Shown here piece by piece: positions 29,977-39,979 of a stretch of DNA of 64,000 nt. Below the pieces are notes generated by a model that worked only from the letters and a program-made list of their open reading frames with translations, was not told the origin of the DNA and did not search any database. The stretch is from assembly GCA_965214775.1 (NCBI GenBank), contig OZ243974.1:1472001-1536000 (forward strand), read 5' to 3'. Source of the DNA: Nitrosopumilus sp. Lineage in GTDB: Archaea > Thermoproteota > Nitrososphaeria > Nitrososphaerales > Nitrosopumilaceae. The position numbers and the translations under genes are program-made. The number at the start of each line of letters is the position of its first letter. Position 1 is the stretch's first letter.

Positions 29977-31878
29977 ATGAAGTCAATGCCGATAATTGCC
30001 TCTATCATTATTTTATCATCGGCATTTGTTATCGGTGATCTTTATGCCGATTCTTGCAAGTCTGACATGGTGCTGTTGCACAAGGCAGCTACAAACGAAC
30101 CTGTTTGCGTGACCCCGTCAACGGCTGAAAAACTAATTCAAAGAGGGTGGGCCCTTGAGACAAGTGTTCCAGAACCTGCCAGAGTTGATGTCCCACATAC
30201 CGATACATGGAACTCCCAATCTTCTGCAAGTGATCAGTCACTCTATGGCACTGGTCCAAGCTCTGGCCTTGCGCAATCCCCTGCCTTAAGTCAATCCGGG
30301 CCTGTGTCTGTCTCTCGCCAACCCTGGACTGCTGAGGGCGGGCCCCTGGGTTATGCCGTTGGAGGGGCGCAAGACATCAATAATTTCAGAGAAAACATAG
30401 AAAACGGCTATCTGCCACTATACACCGACATTACCTACGAGGGTTTGTTTTATGATTACTATTTTGATACAGGCAAAGTAACTGAATGCGAAAAATTATT
30501 CTGTCCGTCGTACAGCTATGCAATATCGCCTGATCCTTTCTCAAAGAATGACGAATACTACCTAACAGTAGGACTGAACTCTGGAATCAAAAAATCTGAT
30601 TTTGAGCGCAAAAAACTCAACCTCGTAATAGTAATGGACGTATCGGGCTCAATGAGCTCATCATTTAATCGATATTACTATGATCAATTCGGAAATCAGC
30701 ATGCAAACGAACTCACTGACGATGATCTAAAATCAAAGATGCAGCTGGCAAACGAATCGGTTGTGGGCCTGATTGACAATCTCACTGATGATGACAATCT
30801 TGGCATGGTTTTGTTTTCATCCGGAGCACATCTTGCAAAGCCGTTGGAGAGCATAGGGCATACTGATATTGCCCAGCTCAAAAGCAATGTGCTGGAGATC
30901 GATCCTGGCGGAAGAACACACATGGAAGCAGGCATGAAGCTTGGCACATCGATATTTGATGACATTCGTGCTGATCCGACAGAGTATGAAAACAGAATAA
31001 TCTTCCTGACTGATGCCATGCCGAATCTTGGAAGTATAGGCGAAGACAGCCTTGGAGGCATGCTAAAAAATAACGCAGAGCGTGGAATTTACGCCACCTT
31101 TATCGGAATAGGAGTTGACTTTCATACCGGGCTCGTTGAAGAGCTGACCAAAGTACGTGGGACCAACTACTATTCTGTCCATTCTGCAAGTGAATTCAAA
31201 GAACAAATGGTTGACGAGTTTGAATTTATGGTGACTCCTCTTGTCTTTAATCTGGCGTTAAGCCTCGATGCCCAGGGATACAAAATCAAAGAAGTGTATG
31301 GCTCTCCTGAAGCCGATGAATCAACCGGACAAATAATGAGGGTAAACACGCTATTTCCATCAAAGACTGAAGGCGGACAAACAAAGGGCGGAATAGTTTT
31401 GCTAAAGCTTGAAAAAACCAGCACAGACGGAAAACTAGTGCTTGACACAAGCTATGAGGACCGAACCGGCAAGATTGATGGCGATAGCGCGGTAATAGAA
31501 ATCTCTTCAGAGGGTTCTGATTACTATGAAAACTCTGGAATCAGAAAAGGAATTCTGCTATCAAGATATGCGGAGCTGATGCAGACCTGGATATACAATG
31601 AAAGAGCCGAATATGAAAAGGATTCTGCGCAACCAATAATTGGAGAGACTAGACCGTTGAGTGTGTTTTACGAAGACGGAATTCACGTACCGGATTATGT
31701 GGGTGTTTCGTTAGGGCAGTGGGAACGCCAATCAATCCCATTACTTGTATCGTCACAAAACCAAGAACTAATCTCTGAATTTGCAGAATATTTCAAGCAG
31801 GAGATGAGCGTGATTTCTGATGATGATCTATCGCAGGAAATCTCAATCTTGGAAAAATTAGCAATCCTTGATGTCTAA
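29977..31878 (+). CDS. Secreted vWA domain protein
   Basis: Signal peptide, C..CVTPSTAEKLIQRGW motif, MIDAS DVSGSM, FLTDA. Confidence 0.9.
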   Translation: MKSMPIIASIIILSSAFVIGDLYADSCKSDMVLLHKAATNEPVCVTPSTAEKLIQRGWALETSVPEPARVDVPHTDTWNSQSSASDQSLYGTGPSSGLAQSPALSQSGPVSVSRQPWTAEGGPLGYAVGGAQDINNFRENIENGYLPLYTDITYEGLFYDYYFDTGKVTECEKLFCPSYSYAISPDPFSKNDEYYLTVGLNSGIKKSDFERKKLNLVIVMDVSGSMSSSFNRYYYDQFGNQHANELTDDDLKSKMQLANESVVGLIDNLTDDDNLGMVLFSSGAHLAKPLESIGHTDIAQLKSNVLEIDPGGRTHMEAGMKLGTSIFDDIRADPTEYENRIIFLTDAMPNLGSIGEDSLGGMLKNNAERGIYATFIGIGVDFHTGLVEELTKVRGTNYYSVHSASEFKEQMVDEFEFMVTPLVFNLALSLDAQGYKIKEVYGSPEADESTGQIMRVNTLFPSKTEGGQTKGGIVLLKLEKTSTDGKLVLDTSYEDRTGKIDGDSAVIEISSEGSDYYENSGIRKGILLSRYAELMQTWIYNERAEYEKDSAQPIIGETRPLSVFYEDGIHVPDYVGVSLGQWERQSIPLLVSSQNQELISEFAEYFKQEMSVISDDDLSQEISILEKLAILDV

Positions 31879-32153
31879 ACACTTTCGTTATGCTGAAGTA
31901 ATGAAGGAAAACAAGAAAACCAATGGTTAACCAGCAGCCAGCCGGCATTGGCTGGCAAATACAGCAGTTCCCGGGTGTACTTTTGCAGACCCGACGTGGC
32001 GGCGGCGCTACTTCCCGCGACCGTCTACAAGCGGGTCGGCCGCATAGACGATGCACGCGACAAACAGCACCATGGTGAGTCCCACCCATCCCGCAAATCC
32101 GTCCCACCGGGATTCTACGTCTATGAACCCGACAGCCCTCCACAGGTTGTACA

Positions 32154-32722
32154 GAGACTGTCGCCTAATTAGATAATTTGGCCTAGCTTTCAATCCCTGC
32201 ACATAACGATCAGAACGGGTGTGGATTCTCTAATGACTGAACGTAAGAGGTGCAAGGAATACTACAAGTACTGCCATGCTGCCCACCCCGAGAACCGGGG
32301 TTTCTCCTATCCTATACGGTTTCTTTGATCTTGGAGAACCCGTGTCTATCTCAGCAACAGGCCAATTTCGAACCGGGACGGCCTATAGCACACAGCCGCG
32401 ACAAGCTTGCATGCCTGCGCATTCTGATGACGTGCCCGGACCTGGCGTACCGCGACACGCTGTGCCTTGCGCACCATCTGAAGCTGCCATGTCGGAACGA
32501 CGAGCCGGTGCCAGACCACAGCGCCGTTGGCAAGTTCATGCCAAAGATCCCGAGCAAGTGGCCTGATGAGATGATGTCTGAGACTGCACGCAGATGCCAT
32601 GCGGGGTTTGGCACGTCTGCACTAAAAATTGCAGCCGACGACAGCACCGGCGTCGCTACTGACCGATATGACAGGAGGAGGAAGAGGGAGGATTCTCAGG
32701 CCGAAGAAAACCAGGCAAAAAG
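32154..32722 (+). pseudogene. Degraded IS5-like transposase with F-related end
   Basis: LAYRD...PDHSAV...AADDSTG..TDRY; end GAGACTGTCGCCTAATT; truncated by a MITE. Confidence 0.65.
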
Positions 32723-32840
32723 ATAACACGTCGGGCTCGAAGTGATTTGCAATTTTAGGCACGAATTACATCTACGAAAGTCTCTGGCGGCAAAATTCAT
32801 GCCTGAACTTCCAGAGTCCGAGCTGTTACGCATAAAGTCT
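32723..32840. mobile_element. Family A MITE fused to a family B end
   Basis: TAACACGTCGGGCTC...CTTCCAGAGTCCGAGCTGTTAC followed by GCATAAAGTCT. Confidence 0.75.
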
Positions 32841-32989
32841 ATTGGAGTTTCAACATACATACTGTGTATACAACTCTAAGTGAAACGTACCAAAAAACCA
32901 TCTGTTTTTACGCGTTCAGGCACGGTTGTGCAACAGTCTGCTTTGATGAAAATAATAAAAGAGAAAAAATGTGCGATTGCACAATTTGT

Positions 32990-33553
32990 CTATGGAATTG
33001 CTCTGCTGTACAATTTGCCTTCCAAGGCCATCTTGTACATTTCAGCAACATATGGATTCTCGCCTGGAGTTTCTGCACCTAATTCTACGAGTCTGGCATA
33101 TACCCTGACTACGTATGCAAGTGCTCCCATGAATGCAACGACTACACCCATGTTAAACATCCAGTGATTTGGTACTGCAAAGATTTCTTCTACAAACCAA
33201 AAGTGCCACATCTCATTGACTCCAATTGTAAACATGGTTGCCAAGTAACCGAGAATGGTCATTTTCAAACCAGTGTTCATTGAATTATTTGGGCCTCTGA
33301 GAACTGGAACTTTTCTATCATAGATTGCAGCTGCACCCCAACCTAGTGGTAATGCCACAAAGTGGGAGTATAGCCACCAGTGTGCTGGAGTAAATGCACT
33401 ATCTCTGATAGATGTCTGATGTAGAGAACCGTCTACGAAGTTATCTACTTCGACGGATGCTGCAGTACTTCCCATAGCAATAACGATGAGCCAGATCTTC
33501 TTTAGTCTCTGAATCTCAACTTCTTTTGGGATTAATGCGGGCATCTGTGCCAT
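32990..33553 (-). CDS. amoC: Archaeal ammonia monooxygenase subunit C
   Basis: MAQMPALIPKEVEIQRLKKIW, DGSLHQT, FTPAHWWLYSHF, NEMWHFWFVEE. Confidence 0.98.
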   Translation of the reverse strand: MAQMPALIPKEVEIQRLKKIWLIVIAMGSTAASVEVDNFVDGSLHQTSIRDSAFTPAHWWLYSHFVALPLGWGAAAIYDRKVPVLRGPNNSMNTGLKMTILGYLATMFTIGVNEMWHFWFVEEIFAVPNHWMFNMGVVVAFMGALAYVVRVYARLVELGAETPGENPYVAEMYKMALEGKLYSRAIP

Positions 33554-33756
33554 GTAAGATATCATGTAAATTTGGAATATAAAGTAAGAGATTCTAATTT
33601 GAAATAATTTAGTGAATTTTTTCATGTATTTAATTTCAAAACATGAAAATTTTTGTATTTTAAATGAGAATTTTGAATTAATTTTATTATATTTCTTCCA
33701 TTTTCATTGTATAACATCGATGATTTACATTTGATTTAGCGTCGATCCTCGTAACG

Positions 33757-34018
33757 AGTCTTCACAGATGTAACCTGACTCAGGGGTTGTCGCCTAATTC
33801 ATCAGAATTCCTGAAAACCATTGAGATGCCATGTGGATCAGGCGTACAAAAGGGCAGAAATTCAGAAAAGCGTGCAGATTGAGCCAAACAAGTGGAATTA
33901 GGCGACAACCCCCATGACTCATGGCAGTGCAGGCGGCGGCATGCGGATCTGCAGGCAGCATAATCTGAACTGTGCCCTAGGTTTTGAACCGTTTTACGGG
34001 GAAAACTTGCAGAAGACT
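33757..34018. mobile_element. Family I MITE with nested family F MITE (33783-33912)
   Basis: F TIR GGGGTTGTCGCCTAATT...AATTAGGCGACAACCCC with near-perfect 9-bp TSD C(C/A)TGACTCA. Confidence 0.85.
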
Positions 34019-34074
34019 ATCGAAGGTAAAACATATAACGACGTGTATTGTCTTTCTGATTATTAGGGATAACT

Positions 34075-34644
34075 ATGGTCGAAAAAAAGATTTTCGTATT
34101 CGGACTAGCTGTCATACTAGCATTAGGAACTTTGGGTTTCAACTGGGTTGAGTCTATTCTTCCGACTGCTGATGCACACGGTGTCCAAGCACAACTTCAG
34201 AGTCGTTTCATCAGAATCGAGGGTGAAACCTTCAACAGACAATCCCTCCAAACTGGCGAAACCTTGACACTTCAAGGAACACTGGTCAGTCTTGTAGAGA
34301 GAGACCTTAGAGGATGGCTATCTATCTTCTCAGAGTCAACTAACGCAGGTAACAGATGGGAGATGTTGGCAAGAGACCCACCAGGAAACGTCTTTGACAT
34401 TCCGGGAAACTCTATGATCGAATACTCACTATCAGCCAAGGCACTTGAAGCAGGTGTATACCACGTGCACACCCAACTCAATGTGGCAAGCGTAGGTCCA
34501 GGACTTGGTCCGGGCCAAACAGTAGTTGTTGAGGGCGAACCAATCATCAAACCAATCCCATATACCAACATTGCATACCAGTCAATCATGATTGGTGTTG
34601 GATATGTCATTACGTTTGCAACACGACCCTGGCAAGTAATCTAA
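34075..34644 (+). CDS. amoB: Archaeal ammonia monooxygenase subunit B
   Basis: ADAHGVQAQLQSRF, GVYHVHTQLN, TRPWQVI. Confidence 0.98.
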   Translation: MVEKKIFVFGLAVILALGTLGFNWVESILPTADAHGVQAQLQSRFIRIEGETFNRQSLQTGETLTLQGTLVSLVERDLRGWLSIFSESTNAGNRWEMLARDPPGNVFDIPGNSMIEYSLSAKALEAGVYHVHTQLNVASVGPGLGPGQTVVVEGEPIIKPIPYTNIAYQSIMIGVGYVITFATRPWQVI

Positions 34645-34739
34645 ACAACCCAACCTTTTCCTTTTCATTTTCTAACCTTCCTTACGCCTAGCGCAAGTAA
34701 CAACCCAAGTCTTATCTTCTAGAAACCAGTACTGAAAAC

Positions 34740-35054
34740 ATGCTGAGCTTTAAAGTAACAAAACTGGATATTTTTCAAAGTTATTTTTTTGGAGAGGTTG
34801 AATTTCGTTCGGATCAATACAAAGTAAACATTCAAAATCAAAGAAGGGGCAAAGTTCTGAAATTACCGTTTGAGATTCAACCAAAAAATGAGAAGGTCAT
34901 AGTTAGAATGACGGGCCCAGGAGATCTATTTGTCGAAGACTATCTTCCATATGTGGGGGAATCAGAATGGCTTGAGATTGACTCTGATGAAATTACGTAT
35001 TTTCTGGCCGATAATCAAGACAGGCTTGACACAATCGAGATCATGTACGACTAG
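34740..35054 (+). CDS. Hypothetical protein downstream of amoB
   Basis: Clean ORF with host-like composition. Confidence 0.75.
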   Translation: MLSFKVTKLDIFQSYFFGEVEFRSDQYKVNIQNQRRGKVLKLPFEIQPKNEKVIVRMTGPGDLFVEDYLPYVGESEWLEIDSDEITYFLADNQDRLDTIEIMYD

Positions 35055-35151
35055 GAGAAAGAACGCAAGTGCGTACAGTTGAAATCCGAACATTTTTTAT
35101 CGGAACAGGCACGATATGTCAAAATCACGGTTCATTTTTTTGACGTATGTG

Positions 35152-35363
35152 CTATGATCCAGGTACTGAAAGCCGTTTCCGGCAGTGGCTGGTTTTAGGC
35201 ACAGATTCTATTTTGATCGGCATTTGTTGGTATAGTGACGATTAAAAGTTTTTGAGCATGCATGGGAATGAACTACGCAGGAATGCGCTTTTTGATGATC
35301 AAAGTCTTTCAATCGTCACCATAGCCAAACTCATGCCCTAACTTCCATAACTGTTCCTGTTAC
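35152..35363. mobile_element. Degenerate family A MITE with nested family K MITE (35231-35323)
   Basis: TATAGTGACGATT...AATCGTCACCATA inside an A-like body ending CCTGTTAC. Confidence 0.6.
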
Positions 35364-35399
35364 GAAACAACTTTAAGGAATCTGACTCAGAAAAATCAC

Positions 35400-35921
35400 A
35401 TGATTTGGCCAGGAACCAACGATCCTTACAAAAGGAAGAAGACAATCAAGTTTCTAATTATTACGGCAGTGATTGGAATTTCTGTTGCTGCTGCCAGTTC
35501 GACAATTCAGCAAGTGGCCAATTCAGATAACCCGTTAAAAGTCTGCATAAACGACAGGGAAACTCCTTATAAAATCAAGGCCTCATTAGAATTGATCATT
35601 GATGGTCAAAAGGCAGACATTCCTGCCAACATTGGGATAAATGATGGAGAATGCCAAAGAACAATGTATACGCTTACAGATGACGGTACCATTTATGCCG
35701 AATGGATAGAAGAATATCCGTTTGAAATTGGCCACTTTTTGTGGATGTGGGACTTTCCTCTAAGGGACATGGAACAGGGAAAATCTACGATATACGTTAA
35801 TGGAAAAGAATCACCCCACTTTATCAATCATCCACTTCAAGATGGATATAATTACAAAGCAGTATTTACTTCAAAGGATTACGATACATCCAAAGACAAA
35901 GACTTTTTGCCAGAACAATAA
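35400..35921 (+). CDS. Membrane-anchored hypothetical protein
   Basis: N-terminal TM helix, IPANIGI motif, Cys pair. Confidence 0.8.
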   Translation: MIWPGTNDPYKRKKTIKFLIITAVIGISVAAASSTIQQVANSDNPLKVCINDRETPYKIKASLELIIDGQKADIPANIGINDGECQRTMYTLTDDGTIYAEWIEEYPFEIGHFLWMWDFPLRDMEQGKSTIYVNGKESPHFINHPLQDGYNYKAVFTSKDYDTSKDKDFLPEQ

Positions 35922-36107
35922 CTGGTTTCGCACTTGTAAAAACCCAAAAGATTTCACACGGCATGCAAGAGTTTACCCTTCAGGCGACACTGCTGACTGG
36001 AGTCCTCATGATCACGCCTGCCACGCCGTATCTCAGGCGAGGGGTAAACTTTTACCACGACATTGTGCTAAAAATCAGAAATAATGAAAAGAGGAAAGGA
36101 GGTTGTT

Positions 36108-36377
36108 TTACCAGTATTTTCCGTTGTCTGGAATCAGACCAATGCCTTCTCTTTCAAAGTGTCTGTCCAACTCGTCGACCCATCTTTCACGGTTGTCTTT
36201 GTATGCCCATCCGTGAACACGTAACCAGAATGCAATAATTCCTAGAAGGAAGATTGTAAACATCATGGTTCCAAAGATGTAAATCATCACATCATAGAAT
36301 AATGGATCATAGTTTGGTCCTAACTGTCCTGTAAGTGATGACAGGATGCCTAGGAAAGTTCCTATGATAGGAGTCAT
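36108..36377 (-). CDS. Small membrane protein near amo genes
   Basis: 89 aa with one strong TM helix; host-like composition. Confidence 0.7.
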   Translation of the reverse strand: MTPIIGTFLGILSSLTGQLGPNYDPLFYDVMIYIFGTMMFTIFLLGIIAFWLRVHGWAYKDNRERWVDELDRHFEREGIGLIPDNGKYW

Positions 36378-36552
36378 GATATTTTGGCTCTATTTGTACG
36401 ATATATACATTTCCTTTGTTCATAAACGGGAAGTTAATGGGGAAGGAAAAGGGTGGTGGCTATGTGCGGATTGGGGGAGGAGGAGGAAGGGGAGTTGGTA
36501 GGCAGTGGCGCTAATGCGTCGCACATTGCCTGCATGAATTTATGATCGCCTG

Positions 36553-36706
36553 AGACAATCCGAAATTCGAAACCGTGCAAATGCCCGGATTTTTTCGTAC
36601 AATACCAAGTAATTTTAGATGACTTGCCTTTTGCGGGCATTTTGATCGATTTATGATGTAAATCTGTTTATACGTGATCCGAATCTGCCCATCTCGAATC
36701 AACTCT
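36553..36706. mobile_element. Family H MITE (degenerate)
   Basis: ATCCGAAATTCGAAACCG...TCGAATCAACTCT. Confidence 0.65.
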
Positions 36707-36769
36707 CAGGATGGTGGTAGAACAGGCAGGCAGGTGTATTATGGCCTAAGCGGCAGGCTTGTTTTGCCA

Positions 36770-38578
36770 TCAAATTGCCATGGTGGATTCGTTGTACTCT
36801 TCTCTGTCTTCAGTTTCTTTTAATGTGTCATCCCCGATATTCCTCAGACTGGAGCCGAATTTTTTCTCTAAGAGATCAAGTGCCTTTTTGTTGTTGGTTG
36901 ATTCGGCCTTGTCGCCTAGAATCTTCCTTATCACGTCGCCCTTGGATGTCAAGACATCAGCTATGTACTCATCAAAGGTGTCGGATCCTATTATATAATG
37001 CGAGAAGACGCGATTTTTCTGTCCTATTCTGTGCAGTCTGTCCTCTGCCTGTGCATGCACTGCAGGCGACCAATCAAGCTCTGCAAATATTACGTATGAT
37101 GCCTCTGTGAGGTTTATTCCGACATTGCCGGCGCGCAGACCGCAGATCATGATGCGCTCATGACTGCTATCTTGAAATGCATCTATTGCCTTTTGTCTTG
37201 CCAAATCAGACTGGCCGCCGATTATCTGCAGCGGATGATGTTCCCACAGTCCGTCTGCAAGGATCTTGTGCACCCTCCTGTGATGGCAGAACACGACGAA
37301 CTTTTCGTCAACATAGTCCTCCAAAAGCCCCTTGATGTATTCGATCACGTACGGTACCTTGGCAAGTCCGGCTATCTGCCGTTCTTCAATCCTCATCTCA
37401 AGCAAAAGGCTGTTGAACTTGGCAAGCTTGCGCTTTTTGTCGATGCCGTCTGCGGCTGCCCCAAGGGCCATTTTTGCCTTTGCTATTTTATTGTACAACT
37501 CTCTTATCTTTTCTTCGTACATCTTTTTGTCAATAGGAATGGTCTGCTGGATTCTGCTCTTCTCAGGAAGGTCGGCCAATACATCTATCTTCCTCCTCCT
37601 TATCATGAGGTTCTTCTGCAGAAACTTGGAGAGTTCGTCCTGCTTGAAGGTGACGGTTCCATAGATGTCGTCTACCTCGTAAAAGTCCTTCTTGAACTGT
37701 TCTTTGTTGCCAAATATACCGGGCTTTAGAATCTCGGCGATCTCATACATCTCCTCGCCATTGTTGTATACCGGGGTTCCAGACAGACCGATCCTATGAA
37801 CCACCGAATCGTGGTTTGCAAGATCAGTACAGGCGTTAATCTTGTACGTATTGGAGTGGCGCAGATTCTGTACCTCGTCAAACACCACGATCTTTGGGTT
37901 TGTGGACAGAATGTTCTTTATGCGCTTGTGAATCAGTTCATAGTTTATGAGGTAAAAGTCTGCATCCTCAAGATCATTATCCTTGCCGGATCGTATCACT
38001 TTTACGTGTGGTACGCGCCTATCCTTGCCTGTGCCCAACATAAGAAACCTCTGTATCTCCCTTTTCCAGTTCTCTAGCGTGACTAGGGGGGAAACTATGA
38101 TTACGGGTATCGATTGTGACCTCTGGGCCACAAATGCTAGGGTCTGAACGGTCTTGCCAAGCCCCATCTCATCGGCTACAAGTGCGTTGCCGTTTGTCCT
38201 CAGCAAAAAGTCCAACCCGTACTTTTGAAACGGCATGAGAACGCCCATAAAGTGTTCAGGATTGGGCGTGATGTGGACAAGACTCGAGACGGTATCTTGC
38301 ATGTGTTTTTTTTCCTCCATGCCCATCAAAAGACCGTACCATCTGTCCTTGCCTGCTATTTGCAGTGGATATTCCCTAAGAACCATGTTTAACATGCGCA
38401 CGTTCTCATTTTTTGCGTCAAACGAAAACGGACTTGTCCTGCATGACGGTATGATCTGTTTTAATATCTTCTTTATGTCGGGCTCTGCATTTATGACTAT
38501 GTTGTAATGTTTGGCGTTGCCATGCAGTGGATTTTTTTGCATGACTTCCATCATGCCATACGATCTGTTCCTTGCCAC
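36770..38578 (-). CDS. SNF2/SWI2 family helicase-like ATPase
   Basis: ADEMGLGKT, DEVQ, LSGTP, GINLT, QAEDRLHRIGQ. Confidence 0.93.
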   Translation of the reverse strand: MARNRSYGMMEVMQKNPLHGNAKHYNIVINAEPDIKKILKQIIPSCRTSPFSFDAKNENVRMLNMVLREYPLQIAGKDRWYGLLMGMEEKKHMQDTVSSLVHITPNPEHFMGVLMPFQKYGLDFLLRTNGNALVADEMGLGKTVQTLAFVAQRSQSIPVIIVSPLVTLENWKREIQRFLMLGTGKDRRVPHVKVIRSGKDNDLEDADFYLINYELIHKRIKNILSTNPKIVVFDEVQNLRHSNTYKINACTDLANHDSVVHRIGLSGTPVYNNGEEMYEIAEILKPGIFGNKEQFKKDFYEVDDIYGTVTFKQDELSKFLQKNLMIRRRKIDVLADLPEKSRIQQTIPIDKKMYEEKIRELYNKIAKAKMALGAAADGIDKKRKLAKFNSLLLEMRIEERQIAGLAKVPYVIEYIKGLLEDYVDEKFVVFCHHRRVHKILADGLWEHHPLQIIGGQSDLARQKAIDAFQDSSHERIMICGLRAGNVGINLTEASYVIFAELDWSPAVHAQAEDRLHRIGQKNRVFSHYIIGSDTFDEYIADVLTSKGDVIRKILGDKAESTNNKKALDLLEKKFGSSLRNIGDDTLKETEDREEYNESTMAI

Positions 38579-38690
38579 GAAATCAAAAAATCTGTTTGAG
38601 TTTAAAAACCATCATGATGCAATTTTTTTCACAACTTGTCAAGACTGCTGCCAGTACGACCTCGTTTTGTTTTTTGGCACAAAAAATCAT

Positions 38691-39743
38691 TGTGTTATAT
38701 GAAAATTAGGTTCGTTAGTCATTGATGTCCCTCTCCATCCATTTTGGGTCTTTTTTTCTGATCGCTTCTGTAGCCTCCCTTGCCAAAAAGGCCTGCAGTG
38801 GCGTCTCACACTTGTCGATATCCAGTGCAAAGTGCAGCCTGCGCTCGTTATAGTACTCCACGTATGCAGCCAGGCTCTCATAGTGGTGGATTTCCTTCTC
38901 TATGCTGCCGTGCAACCGTTCCAGCTTGCCGTTGGTCTCCGGATGGTACGGCCTGGAGTTTATCAGCCCGATGCCCCGGTCCAGCAGCTCGGCCTCAAAT
39001 GCAGTCGGCTTCCACGTCCCCTTTGGCATGTTCTTCTTGCTACGGCCGCCGTTGAAGCACCTGCCGTTGTCAGACAGTATGGTAGCCGGCGTGCCAAATC
39101 TGTCTATGGCATCCCTGAGTGTTATCACCACGTTTTCTGATGTGGCCTCGGCAAACGTCCGTGCCGCCATGATACATCTGGATGAATCGTCCAAAAACGT
39201 GACTAATTTGAGCCCTCTCAGGCGTGGATCCTTCATATCGTGCCAGTCCACGTGCCACATTGCGTTGGAGTACTTGCGCTCATAGCGTAGCCACTTGCGC
39301 TGTCCAGATCTTGCAGCAGACTTTGAGACCAGCTTGTTCTCACTCATTATCCTGTATACAGAGTTGTAGCTTATATTCAATTCCTCCCTTGCACGCCTGG
39401 CCGTGCGCACCACACCGATGTCCTGCTCGGCGTACAGGCGAAGTACCGTCCGAACCTCATCGCTTGAGGGCGGCGGCGATGCTGGCCTGCCGGGACTCTT
39501 TTGCACGTGTATTACGCCGGTTCTTTCGAACTCGGCGCACAGTCTGCCCACGTACTGGGGCGTCACCTTCAGCTCCTCTGCTATTGCCTTGAGCGTCCTG
39601 CCCTTCTTACGCTGTCTTGTGGCGTATCTTATCTGTCGCTCTGTCAGTGCTTTCTTTTTCATCGTTTTTCTTGATCGGTAAAGGGTAAAGTATTCCTTGG
39701 CTTTTCTCAAAATCTTAGGCGAACCTAATTTCCATATAAGACA
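38691..39743 (-). mobile_element. IS481-family element
   Basis: TGT...ACA TIRs (TGTGTTATATGAAAATTAGGTTCG / CGAACCTAATTTCCATATAAGACA); 15-bp TSD GGCACAAAAAATCAT. Confidence 0.93.
38715..39662 (-). CDS. IS481 transposase
   Basis: WHVDW, LDDSSR, SDNG, PETNGKLER, YNERRLH. Confidence 0.93.
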   Translation of the reverse strand: MKKKALTERQIRYATRQRKKGRTLKAIAEELKVTPQYVGRLCAEFERTGVIHVQKSPGRPASPPPSSDEVRTVLRLYAEQDIGVVRTARRAREELNISYNSVYRIMSENKLVSKSAARSGQRKWLRYERKYSNAMWHVDWHDMKDPRLRGLKLVTFLDDSSRCIMAARTFAEATSENVVITLRDAIDRFGTPATILSDNGRCFNGGRSKKNMPKGTWKPTAFEAELLDRGIGLINSRPYHPETNGKLERLHGSIEKEIHHYESLAAYVEYYNERRLHFALDIDKCETPLQAFLAREATEAIRKKDPKWMERDIND

Positions 39744-39979
39744 GGCACAAAAAATCATGATAGTCAGCCCATTAAATATTGGAATGCTTTTACGGGTGCA
39801 CGTCCTTTTTATCAGACATGGATCGTACGGACGGCTGCTCCGGATCGCCAAGCCCCCTTCTGACTTTTTTTCGTTTTTTACGCATTCAAGTATGATTGGA
39901 TTATCTTTGATCTTTTTTGGCCAAAAATTATTGTCAAAATAATTCTACTTTCTTGTGTATTTTCTATAAATGATCAAAA

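Noticed and set aside
29147-29980. Several overlapping short ORFs
   Set aside because: They span MITE and repeat debris with no coherent protein apart from a possible integrase fragment
31793-32202. GC-rich short ORFs after the vWA gene
   Set aside because: No recognisable motif; probably a remnant
36434-36510. G-rich purine tract (possible G-quadruplex)
   Set aside because: Irregular G runs; single occurrence with no supporting context
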